A stretch of DNA of 32,000 nucleotides from Gemmata obscuriglobus (GCF_008065095.1 NZ_CP042911.1:7170001-7202000); one strand, 5' to 3'; positions 17,130-25,014 are shown, counted from the first letter of the stretch. Notes: generated from the sequence alone by a model not told the origin. Made by a program: numbers and translations.

Positions 17130-17507
17130 TCATTGCCGCACGCTCGGGAGACGCTCCCCAAGTCGGCGCATCAGCACGGACGGGTTTACCGGCCGGTTTA
17201 TCACCAGATCGTAGCCGCTGACGGAAGCACGCTCGTCGGTCACCGCGACCCGCACGGCCCCGTGACGCAGCACCCCGGAGTCGCCCGCGGCGCCCGCGAA
17301 AATGACGGCGTCGGCCTCACCGTGGAAGTCGGCCGCGGCGTCGGCGGTGAGGCGCACCTCCGCGTCCGCACCGCACTCGTCCAGCGCTTCGGCCAGTTCG
17401 ACGGCCTCAACAATGTCGGCGGTGTCCGCGACGACCAGGATGTGCGGCGGGGTGGCGAACGGGGACCGCTCACGAACCTCGGACAGGGCACGGTGATCGC
17501 GTTTCAT
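17130..17507 (-). CDS. Stand-alone receiver-like (pseudo-receiver) protein, 125 aa
   Basis: ATG 17507 is preceded by GGAAAGG. The protein has a receiver-like layout: HILVVADTADIVEAVELAEAL..., then ADAVIFAGAAGDSG, then VAVTDE, then YDLVINRPVNPSVLMRRL. The position expected for the phospho-accepting Asp is A/G. Confidence 0.6.
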   Translation of the reverse strand: MKRDHRALSEVRERSPFATPPHILVVADTADIVEAVELAEALDECGADAEVRLTADAAADFHGEADAVIFAGAAGDSGVLRHGAVRVAVTDERASVSGYDLVINRPVNPSVLMRRLGERLPSVRQ

Positions 17508-17766
17508 CGTCAAAACCTTTCCGTCTCGGTCGCAGGGCGCGAGTGGCCCAGACTGGTGGCGACCGCAATTTGTGAGAGGCGACTGAGTATCGACCAAAAC
17601 CGCTTGACTTGGCCCGACAGAAGTTACCGTACCACTCTCATCGACCTTTCACAACTCCTTTTCCTCTCATATTTGCGTTCCAGCAGCGGCACCAGCCACA
17701 AATGATTTCCCAGTAATTATTTGTGCCCGATTTGTTCCGGAGACACCGACCGATCACGGATGCCAT

Positions 17767-17823
17767 GAAAATGAGAAGGGCTACGAGGGTTCATTTTCAC
17801 CCCTCGCAGCCCTTCTCATTTTC
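17767..17823. other. Long AT-rich-armed hairpin with a 16-bp perfect outer stem plus a 6-bp inner stem
   Basis: gaaaatgagaagggct (17767..17782) pairs with agcccttctcattttc (17808..17823). Inside, cgaggg (17784..17789) pairs with ccctcg (17801..17806). The loop is 11 nt, ttcattttcac. Confidence 0.7.
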
Positions 17824-17946
17824 GACACGATTGTGACCGCCGGCGCCAAGGTTGGCAGTCGTTCGGTCGAACCGAGTTCGGTTGCCCACGATTTTTGTTC
17901 CTCTCGCGCGAGCGCTGTTCGACAGAACGGCAAAATTGTCAGCCCG

Positions 17947-17956
17947 CCCCCCCCCC
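17947..17956. repeat. C10 homopolymer in the non-coding island
   Basis: The sequence reads agcccg-cccccccccc-gcgacaaagcggg. Confidence 0.9.
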
Positions 17957-18323
17957 GCGACAAAGCGGGAGTCGCAGGCGGCACCACATTCGAGAGCCGT
18001 GCCATCAGCCGTAGGGGTGCGCTCCCGCGCCTGCTCGCGTTCGCGCCGGAGGCACCGCGAAGCGCTCGGCCCCAACGAACACCCCGGGCGGAAGCTTTTG
18101 GCGCGCGGACCGATGTTCGATCCACGTTACCTAACGTCGCGGCGCGATTCTTTGTCGTGTGCGGTTCGCGTCGTAGCAAGTTAACTTGAGATGTGTCGGA
18201 CCGCCGTGAGGCTGAGATTTAAAGGCTTTACGAAGGGCGTAAGAGCGGCAGGCGGCGCGAACTCAGTGACGCCGTGAGGCGATGTGTCGGGAACGCGATA
18301 AGGTCCGAACAAGTGGCAACCGG

Positions 18324-18380
18324 CTACCGACTACCTCACCAGAAGTCGCTCCGCTACCCACGGACTACCGCCGAGCTACC
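18324..18380. repeat. Array of five CTACC motifs, the last three spaced 11 bp apart
   Basis: CTACC occurs at 18324, 18331, 18354, 18365 and 18376 (GGTAG on the minus strand). Confidence 0.7.
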
Positions 18381-18531
18381 ACAGTTTCCCCGCCCCGCTG
18401 ACACGAAATTGCGACCGATTGTCCGGAACGTTCCGAATCGATCGGTCACCGGGGTTGAGATGATCAGGCTGAACAGCAGCCTTGTGCGCTGCGATTGAGG
18501 GCAAGCGTCTCGTACATGACCCGCCGTAGGT

Positions 18532-18616
18532 GTCGCTTTCTGACGAGCCGCGACCGCCGGGGAGCGGGATACGTGGCACCGCTCCCCGGCGGTCGCGGCT
18601 CGTCAACAAAAGCGAC
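18532..18616. repeat. 85-nt GC-rich palindromic element: a 26-bp perfect inner stem, an 8-bp outer stem and an 11-nt loop GATACGTGGCA
   Basis: gacgagccgcgaccgccggggagcgg (18542..18567) pairs with ccgctccccggcggtcgcggctcgtc (18579..18604). The outer stem is gtcgcttt (18532..18539) with aaagcgac (18609..18616). A related copy lies at 3660..3698. Confidence 0.85.
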
Positions 18617-18830
18617 ACTGCCACCGGATACGTGTATCAGGTGTAACGGGGGTTACAGTCTGTAGCGATGGCGTTGAGAAGCGGCGGCGGACGAACAAGG
18701 TTCGGTTCCCGATCGGTGCCGAGGTCGAACGATGAAATGCCGTTTTCCTGACCGGTCCGACTTTACTCTGCCGCCACGAACCGGCCGTTGGCGCCGCGGC
18801 ACGCGCCGCCCGGGCGCCACGCGATTCCGG

Positions 18831-19787
18831 TCACGCATCCATGTCCCAGACCACCACTTTACCGTTCAGTGCGGCGGCGGCGCACGTCAGGCCGTCGGGC
18901 GCGAACGCCAGCGCCGTCACCGGGCCGATGTGCCAGTCGAAGCTCGCGCCGGGTTCCCCGCGCTCGGTGTCCCAGGTGCGAATGAGCCCGTCGTGCGACG
19001 CCGTCAGCACCCGCCGGCCGTCCTGGGTAACAGCCACGGCGTTCACCTGCTTCGGGTGACCGTCGAGTGTGAGTTGCGGCGTCGCGCGGTCGGCCGGGAG
19101 CACGTACACGAATCGTCCGTTCGCGACCGCCAAGCGGCCATCGGGGAGGAACACGGCGCACCGCGTTACGGTCCCCTTCGGCTCGAACGTGAACAGCTCC
19201 TTTCGCGCCGCCACGTCGAACACCGTTACGGCGGTGTCGCCGTCCAACCCGCCGGTGACCGCCAGCCGCGCGCCGTCGGCGCTGAAACTCAGCACGCACG
19301 CCTCCCGGACGGTGGGCAGTTCCGCCTCGGCTTCGCCGGTGTCGCGGTCCACGATCGTGAGCAACGGCCGGGACCGGTTCGCGCCCCGCGGACCGATCAC
19401 CCGGCTGTGCCCGATCGCCAGCCACGAGCCCGTCGGGTCGAACGCCAGCCCGGACACGTTCTTGTACGTCGGCGGCAGGGTGCGTTTGGGCCACACGAAC
19501 CGGCGCCACTCGACCGCCCGGTCGAGCGCGGTCCACTCGACCGCGGCGACGCCACGTGCGAAATGGTCCGGCCCGCCGACCACATACCGGGTCAGGCCCG
19601 GATCGACGGCGGCGCAGGTCACGAACCGCTCGACGCGGCCCTCGCTGTCCCCGGTCGCGAGGTTCAGCCACACGGCGGCGTCCACCATCCGCGCCTCGGC
19701 GCCCCCGAGCGCCAGGAGCCGCACGCCGTCGGGGGTAAAGTGGACGCTGTGAACCCGCTTGCACTTCTTCAGCTTGTACTCGCGCAC
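18831..19787 (-). CDS. WD40 beta-propeller protein, paralog 3 of 3 (318 aa)
   Basis: The GTG start at 19787 lies 9 nt after the upstream stop, with TGAGGG acting as an SD. WD text includes LDGHPKQVNAVAVTQDGRRVLTASHDGLIRTWD. The C-terminus is FAPDGLTCAAAALNGKVVVWDMDA. Confidence 0.85.
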   Translation of the reverse strand: MREYKLKKCKRVHSVHFTPDGVRLLALGGAEARMVDAAVWLNLATGDSEGRVERFVTCAAVDPGLTRYVVGGPDHFARGVAAVEWTALDRAVEWRRFVWPKRTLPPTYKNVSGLAFDPTGSWLAIGHSRVIGPRGANRSRPLLTIVDRDTGEAEAELPTVREACVLSFSADGARLAVTGGLDGDTAVTVFDVAARKELFTFEPKGTVTRCAVFLPDGRLAVANGRFVYVLPADRATPQLTLDGHPKQVNAVAVTQDGRRVLTASHDGLIRTWDTERGEPGASFDWHIGPVTALAFAPDGLTCAAAALNGKVVVWDMDA

Positions 19788-19796
19788 GCCACACCC

Positions 19797-20861
19797 TCAC
19801 GCGTCCACGTCCCAGAGCACGATCCGACCGGCGGTGCCGCCGGCCGCGCAGGTCAGGCCGTCCGGGGCGAAGCAGACCGAGCACAGTTGCTGTGCCCCTT
19901 TCGCCCACTTGAACGTCTGGGTCACAGTTCCGGTCGCCGGGTCGAGGTACCGCGCCCGCCCGTCGGCACACACCGCGCAGATGAGCCGCCCCGACGGATG
20001 AACAGCAAAGTCGTTCACGTGAGCCAGTTCCGAACCCGTCTTCCAGGGCTTTGCGGCGCCGAGCGGGTCCGCGAACAGGCGCCCGCTGGCGCGCGACACC
20101 ACCCGCTCTCCGCCCGGGACGAACGCGACCCGGCGGACAACTCGTTCGGATTCCTCCGCAAGTGCGGGCCAGGTACGGCGGAACGAGGCGAGCACTTCCG
20201 CGCGCGCGAGTTCGACCACCAGAACACCCCCTCCGGCATCGCCGGCCGCGAACAACCGTCCGTCGGCCGAGATCGCGGCGGAATGGACGTACCGCCCCGG
20301 CGGCAGGGGAATCTCGTCGCGCCACCCCACGTCATAGATCGGCATCTGAAATGGGAGTTCGATCAGCGGGTTGATCTTCTGCTCGTAACCGAGCGGCGGT
20401 TCCCGGTACGGCCCCAGCGGGAACCGTGCCAGGTCGCGTGTGTGCGTCACTCGCCCCTGCTGGGAGAGGTGCCGCACCGCCAGCAACTCGGACCCGTCCG
20501 GGGTGAACACGATCTCGCTCAACCCAAACTCCGGCCCTGGTACAGCAGGTAAGTAGAAACCGTCTTCGGACCGGCGCGTGAGATCTTCGACGTAAATGTG
20601 AGAGCTGTGGTACACGTTCTCGGCGGCCAGGAACCGGCCGTCCGGAGACACGACCGGCTCCATCGACTCCCAGAGTATGTCGTTGTTGAGTTCGCGTGTC
20701 GTTCCGGTTGAGAGGGTGTGAACGTGGAGCGTCATCGTGCCGCCTCCAGTGCCGCCTTCACCGACCCAAATGACGAGGTCGGCGCCGCCGGCAACGAACT
20801 GGAGCCGGCGCACCGTACTGAGGTCTGCGCGCTTCGGCACCTTGAGTCGCAACTCGCGCAT
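19797..20861 (-). CDS. WD40 beta-propeller protein, paralog 2 of 3 (354 aa)
   Basis: The start is ATG 20861, after GGGGGA. Blade-like text includes SPDGRFLAA, TPDGSELLAV and SADGRLFAAG. The C-terminus is FAPDGLTCAAGGTAGRIVLWDVDA. Confidence 0.85.
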   Translation of the reverse strand: MRELRLKVPKRADLSTVRRLQFVAGGADLVIWVGEGGTGGGTMTLHVHTLSTGTTRELNNDILWESMEPVVSPDGRFLAAENVYHSSHIYVEDLTRRSEDGFYLPAVPGPEFGLSEIVFTPDGSELLAVRHLSQQGRVTHTRDLARFPLGPYREPPLGYEQKINPLIELPFQMPIYDVGWRDEIPLPPGRYVHSAAISADGRLFAAGDAGGGVLVVELARAEVLASFRRTWPALAEESERVVRRVAFVPGGERVVSRASGRLFADPLGAAKPWKTGSELAHVNDFAVHPSGRLICAVCADGRARYLDPATGTVTQTFKWAKGAQQLCSVCFAPDGLTCAAGGTAGRIVLWDVDA

Positions 20862-20893
20862 CGGTCCCCCTGTGAGGTCAGCTTACCATGCGG

Positions 20894-21934
20894 CTACACG
20901 TCCACGTCCCACACCACCACCCGCCCCTTCTCGCCGCCGGCCGCGCAGGTCAGCCCGTCGGGGGCGAACGCGACGCTGAACAACTTGCCGATCTTCCACG
21001 CCATCTCGCGCCGCAGCTTCCAGGTCGCGGTGTCCCACTCGCCGACGGTGCCGTCCTCGCGGGCCGTGAGCAGGGTGCGCCCGTCCGGGCTGAACGCGAC
21101 CCCGTTCACGTTCGCCTTCTCCTTCGGCCCGCGCAGTTGCGTGCCATCGGACAGTGCCCAGACGTGGACCTGGAACCCGTATCGCTTGTCGGCCCACCGC
21201 CCACGGACCGCGGCGAGCCGGTCCCCGTCGTCGGAGAACACTAACCGGTGAACACCGAACCGCACATACTTCATCCCCTTCAGGGTCGGAACCGACAGCA
21301 CCTCGCGCCGGTTCGATCGCCCCCACACGGTCACAGATCCGCCGGTACGGCCGAGCGCGATTCGGGCACCGTCTGGCGACACGGCGAGCGATTGCGGAGT
21401 CTCATCCGTGTGCCGCGCGAGACCGGTCGGAACGGGCAAATCGATGCGCCATCGGGGAACGGGTGCAAGCGGTGTATCGGTGGGGGCGAGCGGCACCGGC
21501 ACCTCCCAGCGACGCACCCCGCGCCGGTTCCGTATGTCGAACTCGACGGCCAGCGTGGATTGCCCGTCCGAGGTGAGCGCCGGCAGGGCCGTGTGGTCGC
21601 TTCCGAGCCGCACTGCGACGCCGGTCGCGAGGTCACAAACCGCCACCCCGCCCTCGGACGCATCATCGGCGTCGTCCCGCTCGGGGGCAACGGTGTACGC
21701 GCACCGGGTCACGTCGCGGTCGAAATCGGGGTCAGGGTAGGTGTCGTCGTCGTCCTGAAGCGGGGCGCGCCAGAGGGCGCGGCCGGCGCTCGTGTCCCAG
21801 CACAGCACGGACCCGTTGAACGGAACGCCGTTGCCGAACACGGCCGCGATCCGGGCGAGCCCGGGTGCGAGCCAGAGCCGGGTCACGTCGGTCCCGGCCT
21901 CGGGCTGTTCGGTTGCGAGTTTGAGCACCTGCAT
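20894..21934 (-). CDS. WD40 beta-propeller protein, paralog 1 of 3 (about 346 aa)
   Basis: The preferred start is ATG 21934 (MQVLKL, GAGG upstream); the track ORF extends to 21997. Blade text includes SPDGARIALGRTGGSVTVW and FSPDGRTLLTAREDGTVGEWD. The C-terminus is FAPDGLTCAAGGEKGRVVVWDVDV. Confidence 0.8.
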   Translation of the reverse strand: MQVLKLATEQPEAGTDVTRLWLAPGLARIAAVFGNGVPFNGSVLCWDTSAGRALWRAPLQDDDDTYPDPDFDRDVTRCAYTVAPERDDADDASEGGVAVCDLATGVAVRLGSDHTALPALTSDGQSTLAVEFDIRNRRGVRRWEVPVPLAPTDTPLAPVPRWRIDLPVPTGLARHTDETPQSLAVSPDGARIALGRTGGSVTVWGRSNRREVLSVPTLKGMKYVRFGVHRLVFSDDGDRLAAVRGRWADKRYGFQVHVWALSDGTQLRGPKEKANVNGVAFSPDGRTLLTAREDGTVGEWDTATWKLRREMAWKIGKLFSVAFAPDGLTCAAGGEKGRVVVWDVDV

Positions 21935-22133
21935 CGGTCCGCCTCGGTTCGTGGGAAGGCGCTCACTGAACCACAGGCGCGGCCGTTCCGCAATCACGGG
22001 AGCGGCGCGCGGGCATCAAGGCACGCAACGGACGCAAGCGATTCCAGGCGCGTCGCGCCCGGCCCGCCCCGACACCCCGCGCCCGTAAAATGGAGCACAG
22101 ACGCCGCATTCACGCAACCACGGAAGCGAAGCC

Positions 22134-22961
22134 ATGTCGCAGCCGCGCATCCTGATGTGCCCGCCGGACCACTACGGCATCGAGTACGAAATCAACCCGT
22201 GGATGAACCGGTCGCTCGGCGCCGTCCGCGAACTCGCGTTCCGTCAGTGGCGCGCCCTCCACGACACGCTGAAGGGGCTCGGCGTGCAGGTCGAAACCAT
22301 GACCCCGCAACCGGGGCTGCCGGACCTCGTGTTCACCGCGAACGCCGGGCTGATGTTTCGGAACACGTTCCTGAGCAGCCGGTTCCGGCACGAGGTCCGC
22401 GCGAAGGAGTCGCCGCACTTCGACGCGTGGCTCGGCGAGCACGGCTTCGAGGTAAAGCACCTGCCCGAGAACTCATACCACGAGGGGGCGGGCGACGCGC
22501 TCTTCTGCGGCGACACCCTGTTCGCCGGTTACCGGACCCGATCGGACGCCAGCGCGCACCAGTGGGTCGGGAAGGAGTTCGGCGTTCGCGTGTTGCCGCT
22601 GGAGCTGGTGAACCCGCGGTTCTATCACCTCGACACCTGCTTCTGCCCGCTCGCCCCGGGCGAAGCGCTCTACTTCCCGAATGCGTTCGACACCTACGGC
22701 CAGCGGGTGCTGAGCACGCACGTCCCGAAGCTCATTCCGGTCGTGGAGGAGGAGGCGCACCGGTTCGGGTGCAACGCGGTGGTGGTGGGCAAAACGGTGG
22801 TTCACAACAGCCGGTGCCCGCGACTGGCGGAAGAGCTGGCTCGCGCCGGTTATCGGTCGATCGAGGTGGAACTGGACGAGTTCCTCAAAGCCGGCGGCAG
22901 CGCGAAGTGCTTGACGCTGCGGCTCGACGGCGAAGAGGCCGCGAGCTGGAAGGAGAAGTAA
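22134..22961 (+). CDS. Amidinotransferase / DDAH-type guanidino-group-modifying enzyme
   Basis: The N-terminus is MSQPRILMCPPDHYGIEYEINPWM. Also present are FYHLDTCFCPL and a C-terminal nucleophile motif GGSAKCLTL, characteristic of the superfamily. Confidence 0.8.
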   Translation: MSQPRILMCPPDHYGIEYEINPWMNRSLGAVRELAFRQWRALHDTLKGLGVQVETMTPQPGLPDLVFTANAGLMFRNTFLSSRFRHEVRAKESPHFDAWLGEHGFEVKHLPENSYHEGAGDALFCGDTLFAGYRTRSDASAHQWVGKEFGVRVLPLELVNPRFYHLDTCFCPLAPGEALYFPNAFDTYGQRVLSTHVPKLIPVVEEEAHRFGCNAVVVGKTVVHNSRCPRLAEELARAGYRSIEVELDEFLKAGGSAKCLTLRLDGEEAASWKEK

Positions 22962-23013
22962 GTCGAAAGGCAAAAACGAGCGGTCGTAAGCTGCTGATTT
23001 TGCCTTTCGACTT
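22960..23013. terminator. Hairpin between convergent genes, a likely bidirectional terminator
   Basis: aagtcgaaaggcaaaa (22960..22975) pairs with ttttgcctttcgactt (22998..23013), a perfect 16 bp. It is followed on the plus strand by ttgactt. It overlaps the stop of 22134..22961 and lies 15 nt from stop 23028. Confidence 0.65.
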
Positions 23014-23027
23014 TTGACTTGATCCGA

Positions 23028-24008
23028 TCAGTAGTGCAGCAACAGCTTGGGCGGCGGCTTGTTGCCGCGGCTGTCCAGCGCGACCCGGGTCACAACCGCG
23101 CCGACCGCCAGCACGTTGCACAGCAGCGCGAGGTACAGCCATGTCGTCCACTCGACATCGAACGCCCGGAACTTTTGCTTCTCCTGGTACTCGACCTTTG
23201 CGAGATCGGCGGGGCTGTTGGCCGCGGCCGCCCGTTTCTCGGCGAACTCCTCGGCGATCTGCTGCTGGATCGCCCGCTCCATCCCGAACCCGTGGGCGAG
23301 CTGCCAGAGCAGGAAGAGCAGGGCAACGGCCGCGCAGCCGGCCACGATCGAGTTGCGCCACGGCCACAGCTTGACGAGTGGGGGCGGCGCGCCCGGCCCC
23401 AACACCTTGATCACGCGCTCGGCCCATGCCACCCCGGTCCCGACCAAGAGGCACAGGAAGAACGGGAACAACAGCCAGTCGCGGCTGGTCTTGTTCAGCC
23501 AGTTGCTCGGTATACCGGAGCGCTCTTCCAGCCGGAAATCACGGCTCGGCGTGCCGCTGAGCAGCGCCCACCAGGGGCGCTGCGAGTACACCGCTCCGCC
23601 GCCCGCGTAGCTGCCCACCCACGGGAGGAACGTGAGCAGCAGCACCGCCGTCAGCAGCGCCGCCGGGAGCCACGCGACGACCGTGGGCGAAATCGTGATC
23701 CCGCGGGACTTGGTGTACCCGGCAGGCGCGTCGGTACTGTCCGGCCCCGGAAGGAACCCGCCGGTGGGCGGCGGAACCAGCCCCGGTGGCGCGGGCGGCA
23801 CCGGCGGTATCACCGGCAGCACCGGTATGGGCGGCGCCAGCCCGGGGGGCACCGTCGGAACGGCCGCCGCACGGGGCTCCGACACGGCCGCCGTGTACCG
23901 CGACGGGGTCGGGAACGACTTCCCGCAGTTCGGGCAGGTCGCCTCCTTCCCGGCCGCGTCGTCGGGAACGGTCACGTTGCTCATGCACTGTGGGCACACT
24001 AACCGCAT
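23028..24008 (-). CDS. Zn-ribbon / proline-rich-linker / multi-pass membrane protein
   Basis: ATG 24008 lies 8 nt after the nnrD stop, with TAGGAG serving as an SD. The N-terminus is MRLVCPQCMSNVTVPDDAAGKEATCPNCGKSF. A linker PPGLAPPIPVLPVIPPVPPAPPGLVPPP follows, then about four hydrophobic helices. Confidence 0.75.
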   Translation of the reverse strand: MRLVCPQCMSNVTVPDDAAGKEATCPNCGKSFPTPSRYTAAVSEPRAAAVPTVPPGLAPPIPVLPVIPPVPPAPPGLVPPPTGGFLPGPDSTDAPAGYTKSRGITISPTVVAWLPAALLTAVLLLTFLPWVGSYAGGGAVYSQRPWWALLSGTPSRDFRLEERSGIPSNWLNKTSRDWLLFPFFLCLLVGTGVAWAERVIKVLGPGAPPPLVKLWPWRNSIVAGCAAVALLFLLWQLAHGFGMERAIQQQIAEEFAEKRAAAANSPADLAKVEYQEKQKFRAFDVEWTTWLYLALLCNVLAVGAVVTRVALDSRGNKPPPKLLLHY

Positions 24009-24016
24009 ATCCGCTC

Positions 24017-24886
24017 CTACCAGTGGGATTCCAACTCTTTGAACGCCGCCGGGAGATGGTCGAGCAGGTCGGGCGCGGTCAGTGCCGTCTGGCCCAGGGC
24101 GGCGGCCCCGAGGTCGCCGGCCCGCCCGTGCACCCACGCGCCCAGCACCGCCGCGTCGAATGCCTTGAGTCCCTGGCCGATGAGAGCCGCGATCACCCCC
24201 GCAAGCACGTCGCCGGTGCCGCCGGTGCCCATCCCCGGGTTGCCCGTTGCGTTCCGGTACACGCGGGTGCCGTCGGTCACAACGGTCCCCGCCCCCTTCA
24301 GCAGCATCACCCCGCCGAAGGTGTTCGCGGACGCGATCGCCTGCTCCTCGCGCTCCGCGTCCGTCGCGGGAACGGCTTTGCCGGTGAGCCGCGCGAACTC
24401 GCCGGGATGCGGGGTCAGGACCAGTGGTGCGGTGCGGCGTACGAACTCTTCGCCGAACGGTGACACCGCGAACAGCCCGTCGGCGTCCAGCACCACGGGG
24501 GCGGTCAGGTCCGCGAGCAACCGGAGCACGAGCCGCACGGTCGGCTCCGCGCGCCCCAGCCCCGGTCCGATCACCACCGCGTCGGCCCCCGAAGCCAGTT
24601 CAACGACTTCCTCTGCGGCGCCGTCGCCGAAGGTGCCGTCCGCGTGCTGGCGGATGCCGTAGGTGGTGTACGCGGGGTACGCGCCGGCCACCACGTCCTG
24701 AACGTTCTGCGGGCACGCGACCTGGACGAGCCCGGCGCCCCCGCGGAGCGCGGCCCGGCCGCACAGCACCGCGGCGCCGCTCATGCCGCGGCTCCCGGCG
24801 ACCACCAGAACCTTACCGTACGTTCCCTTGTGGCCGGCCGCGTTGCGCCGCGGCAGCCGGGGAAGGTCGCGAATGGCGTGCGTCAT
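24017..24886 (-). CDS. nnrD: ADP/ATP-dependent NAD(P)H-hydrate dehydratase (YjeF C-terminal domain only)
   Basis: Supporting text includes HKGTYGKVLVVAGSRGMSGAAVL, VIGPGLG, VLDADGL, LTPHPGEFARL and GNPGMGTGGTGDVLAGVIAAL. I chose ATG 24886 (MTHAIRDLP). Confidence 0.85.
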   Translation of the reverse strand: MTHAIRDLPRLPRRNAAGHKGTYGKVLVVAGSRGMSGAAVLCGRAALRGGAGLVQVACPQNVQDVVAGAYPAYTTYGIRQHADGTFGDGAAEEVVELASGADAVVIGPGLGRAEPTVRLVLRLLADLTAPVVLDADGLFAVSPFGEEFVRRTAPLVLTPHPGEFARLTGKAVPATDAEREEQAIASANTFGGVMLLKGAGTVVTDGTRVYRNATGNPGMGTGGTGDVLAGVIAALIGQGLKAFDAAVLGAWVHGRAGDLGAAALGQTALTAPDLLDHLPAAFKELESHW

Positions 24887-25014
24887 CGTCGCGCTCCATG
24901 CCCACGAGGGGTTATACCGCCGGCAGGGGCGCGCGGACATTGGCGCCGCCCTCCTGCCGGCGGAACGCTATGCTATCCGACACACGCTCAACGCAGCACC
25001 CGCGGAGTCCGCCG

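Noticed and set aside
18115-18123. gttcgatcc, a T-loop-like motif suggesting a tRNA
   Set aside because: The flanking sequence cannot form T, anticodon or acceptor stems. I found no other tRNA-like cloverleaf in the window.
18732-23017. Long plus-strand ORFs 18732..20552 and 21248..23017, and the off-frame minus ORF 18859..20325
   Set aside because: They are antisense or off-frame to the three WD40 genes, and partly to the amidinotransferase. Their sequences are Arg/Pro/Gly-rich junk.
24424-25014. The N-terminal 197 aa of ORF 24424..25503
   Set aside because: It is Arg/Pro-rich and antisense to nnrD. The DinB-like domain starts at ATG 25015, which has its own SD.
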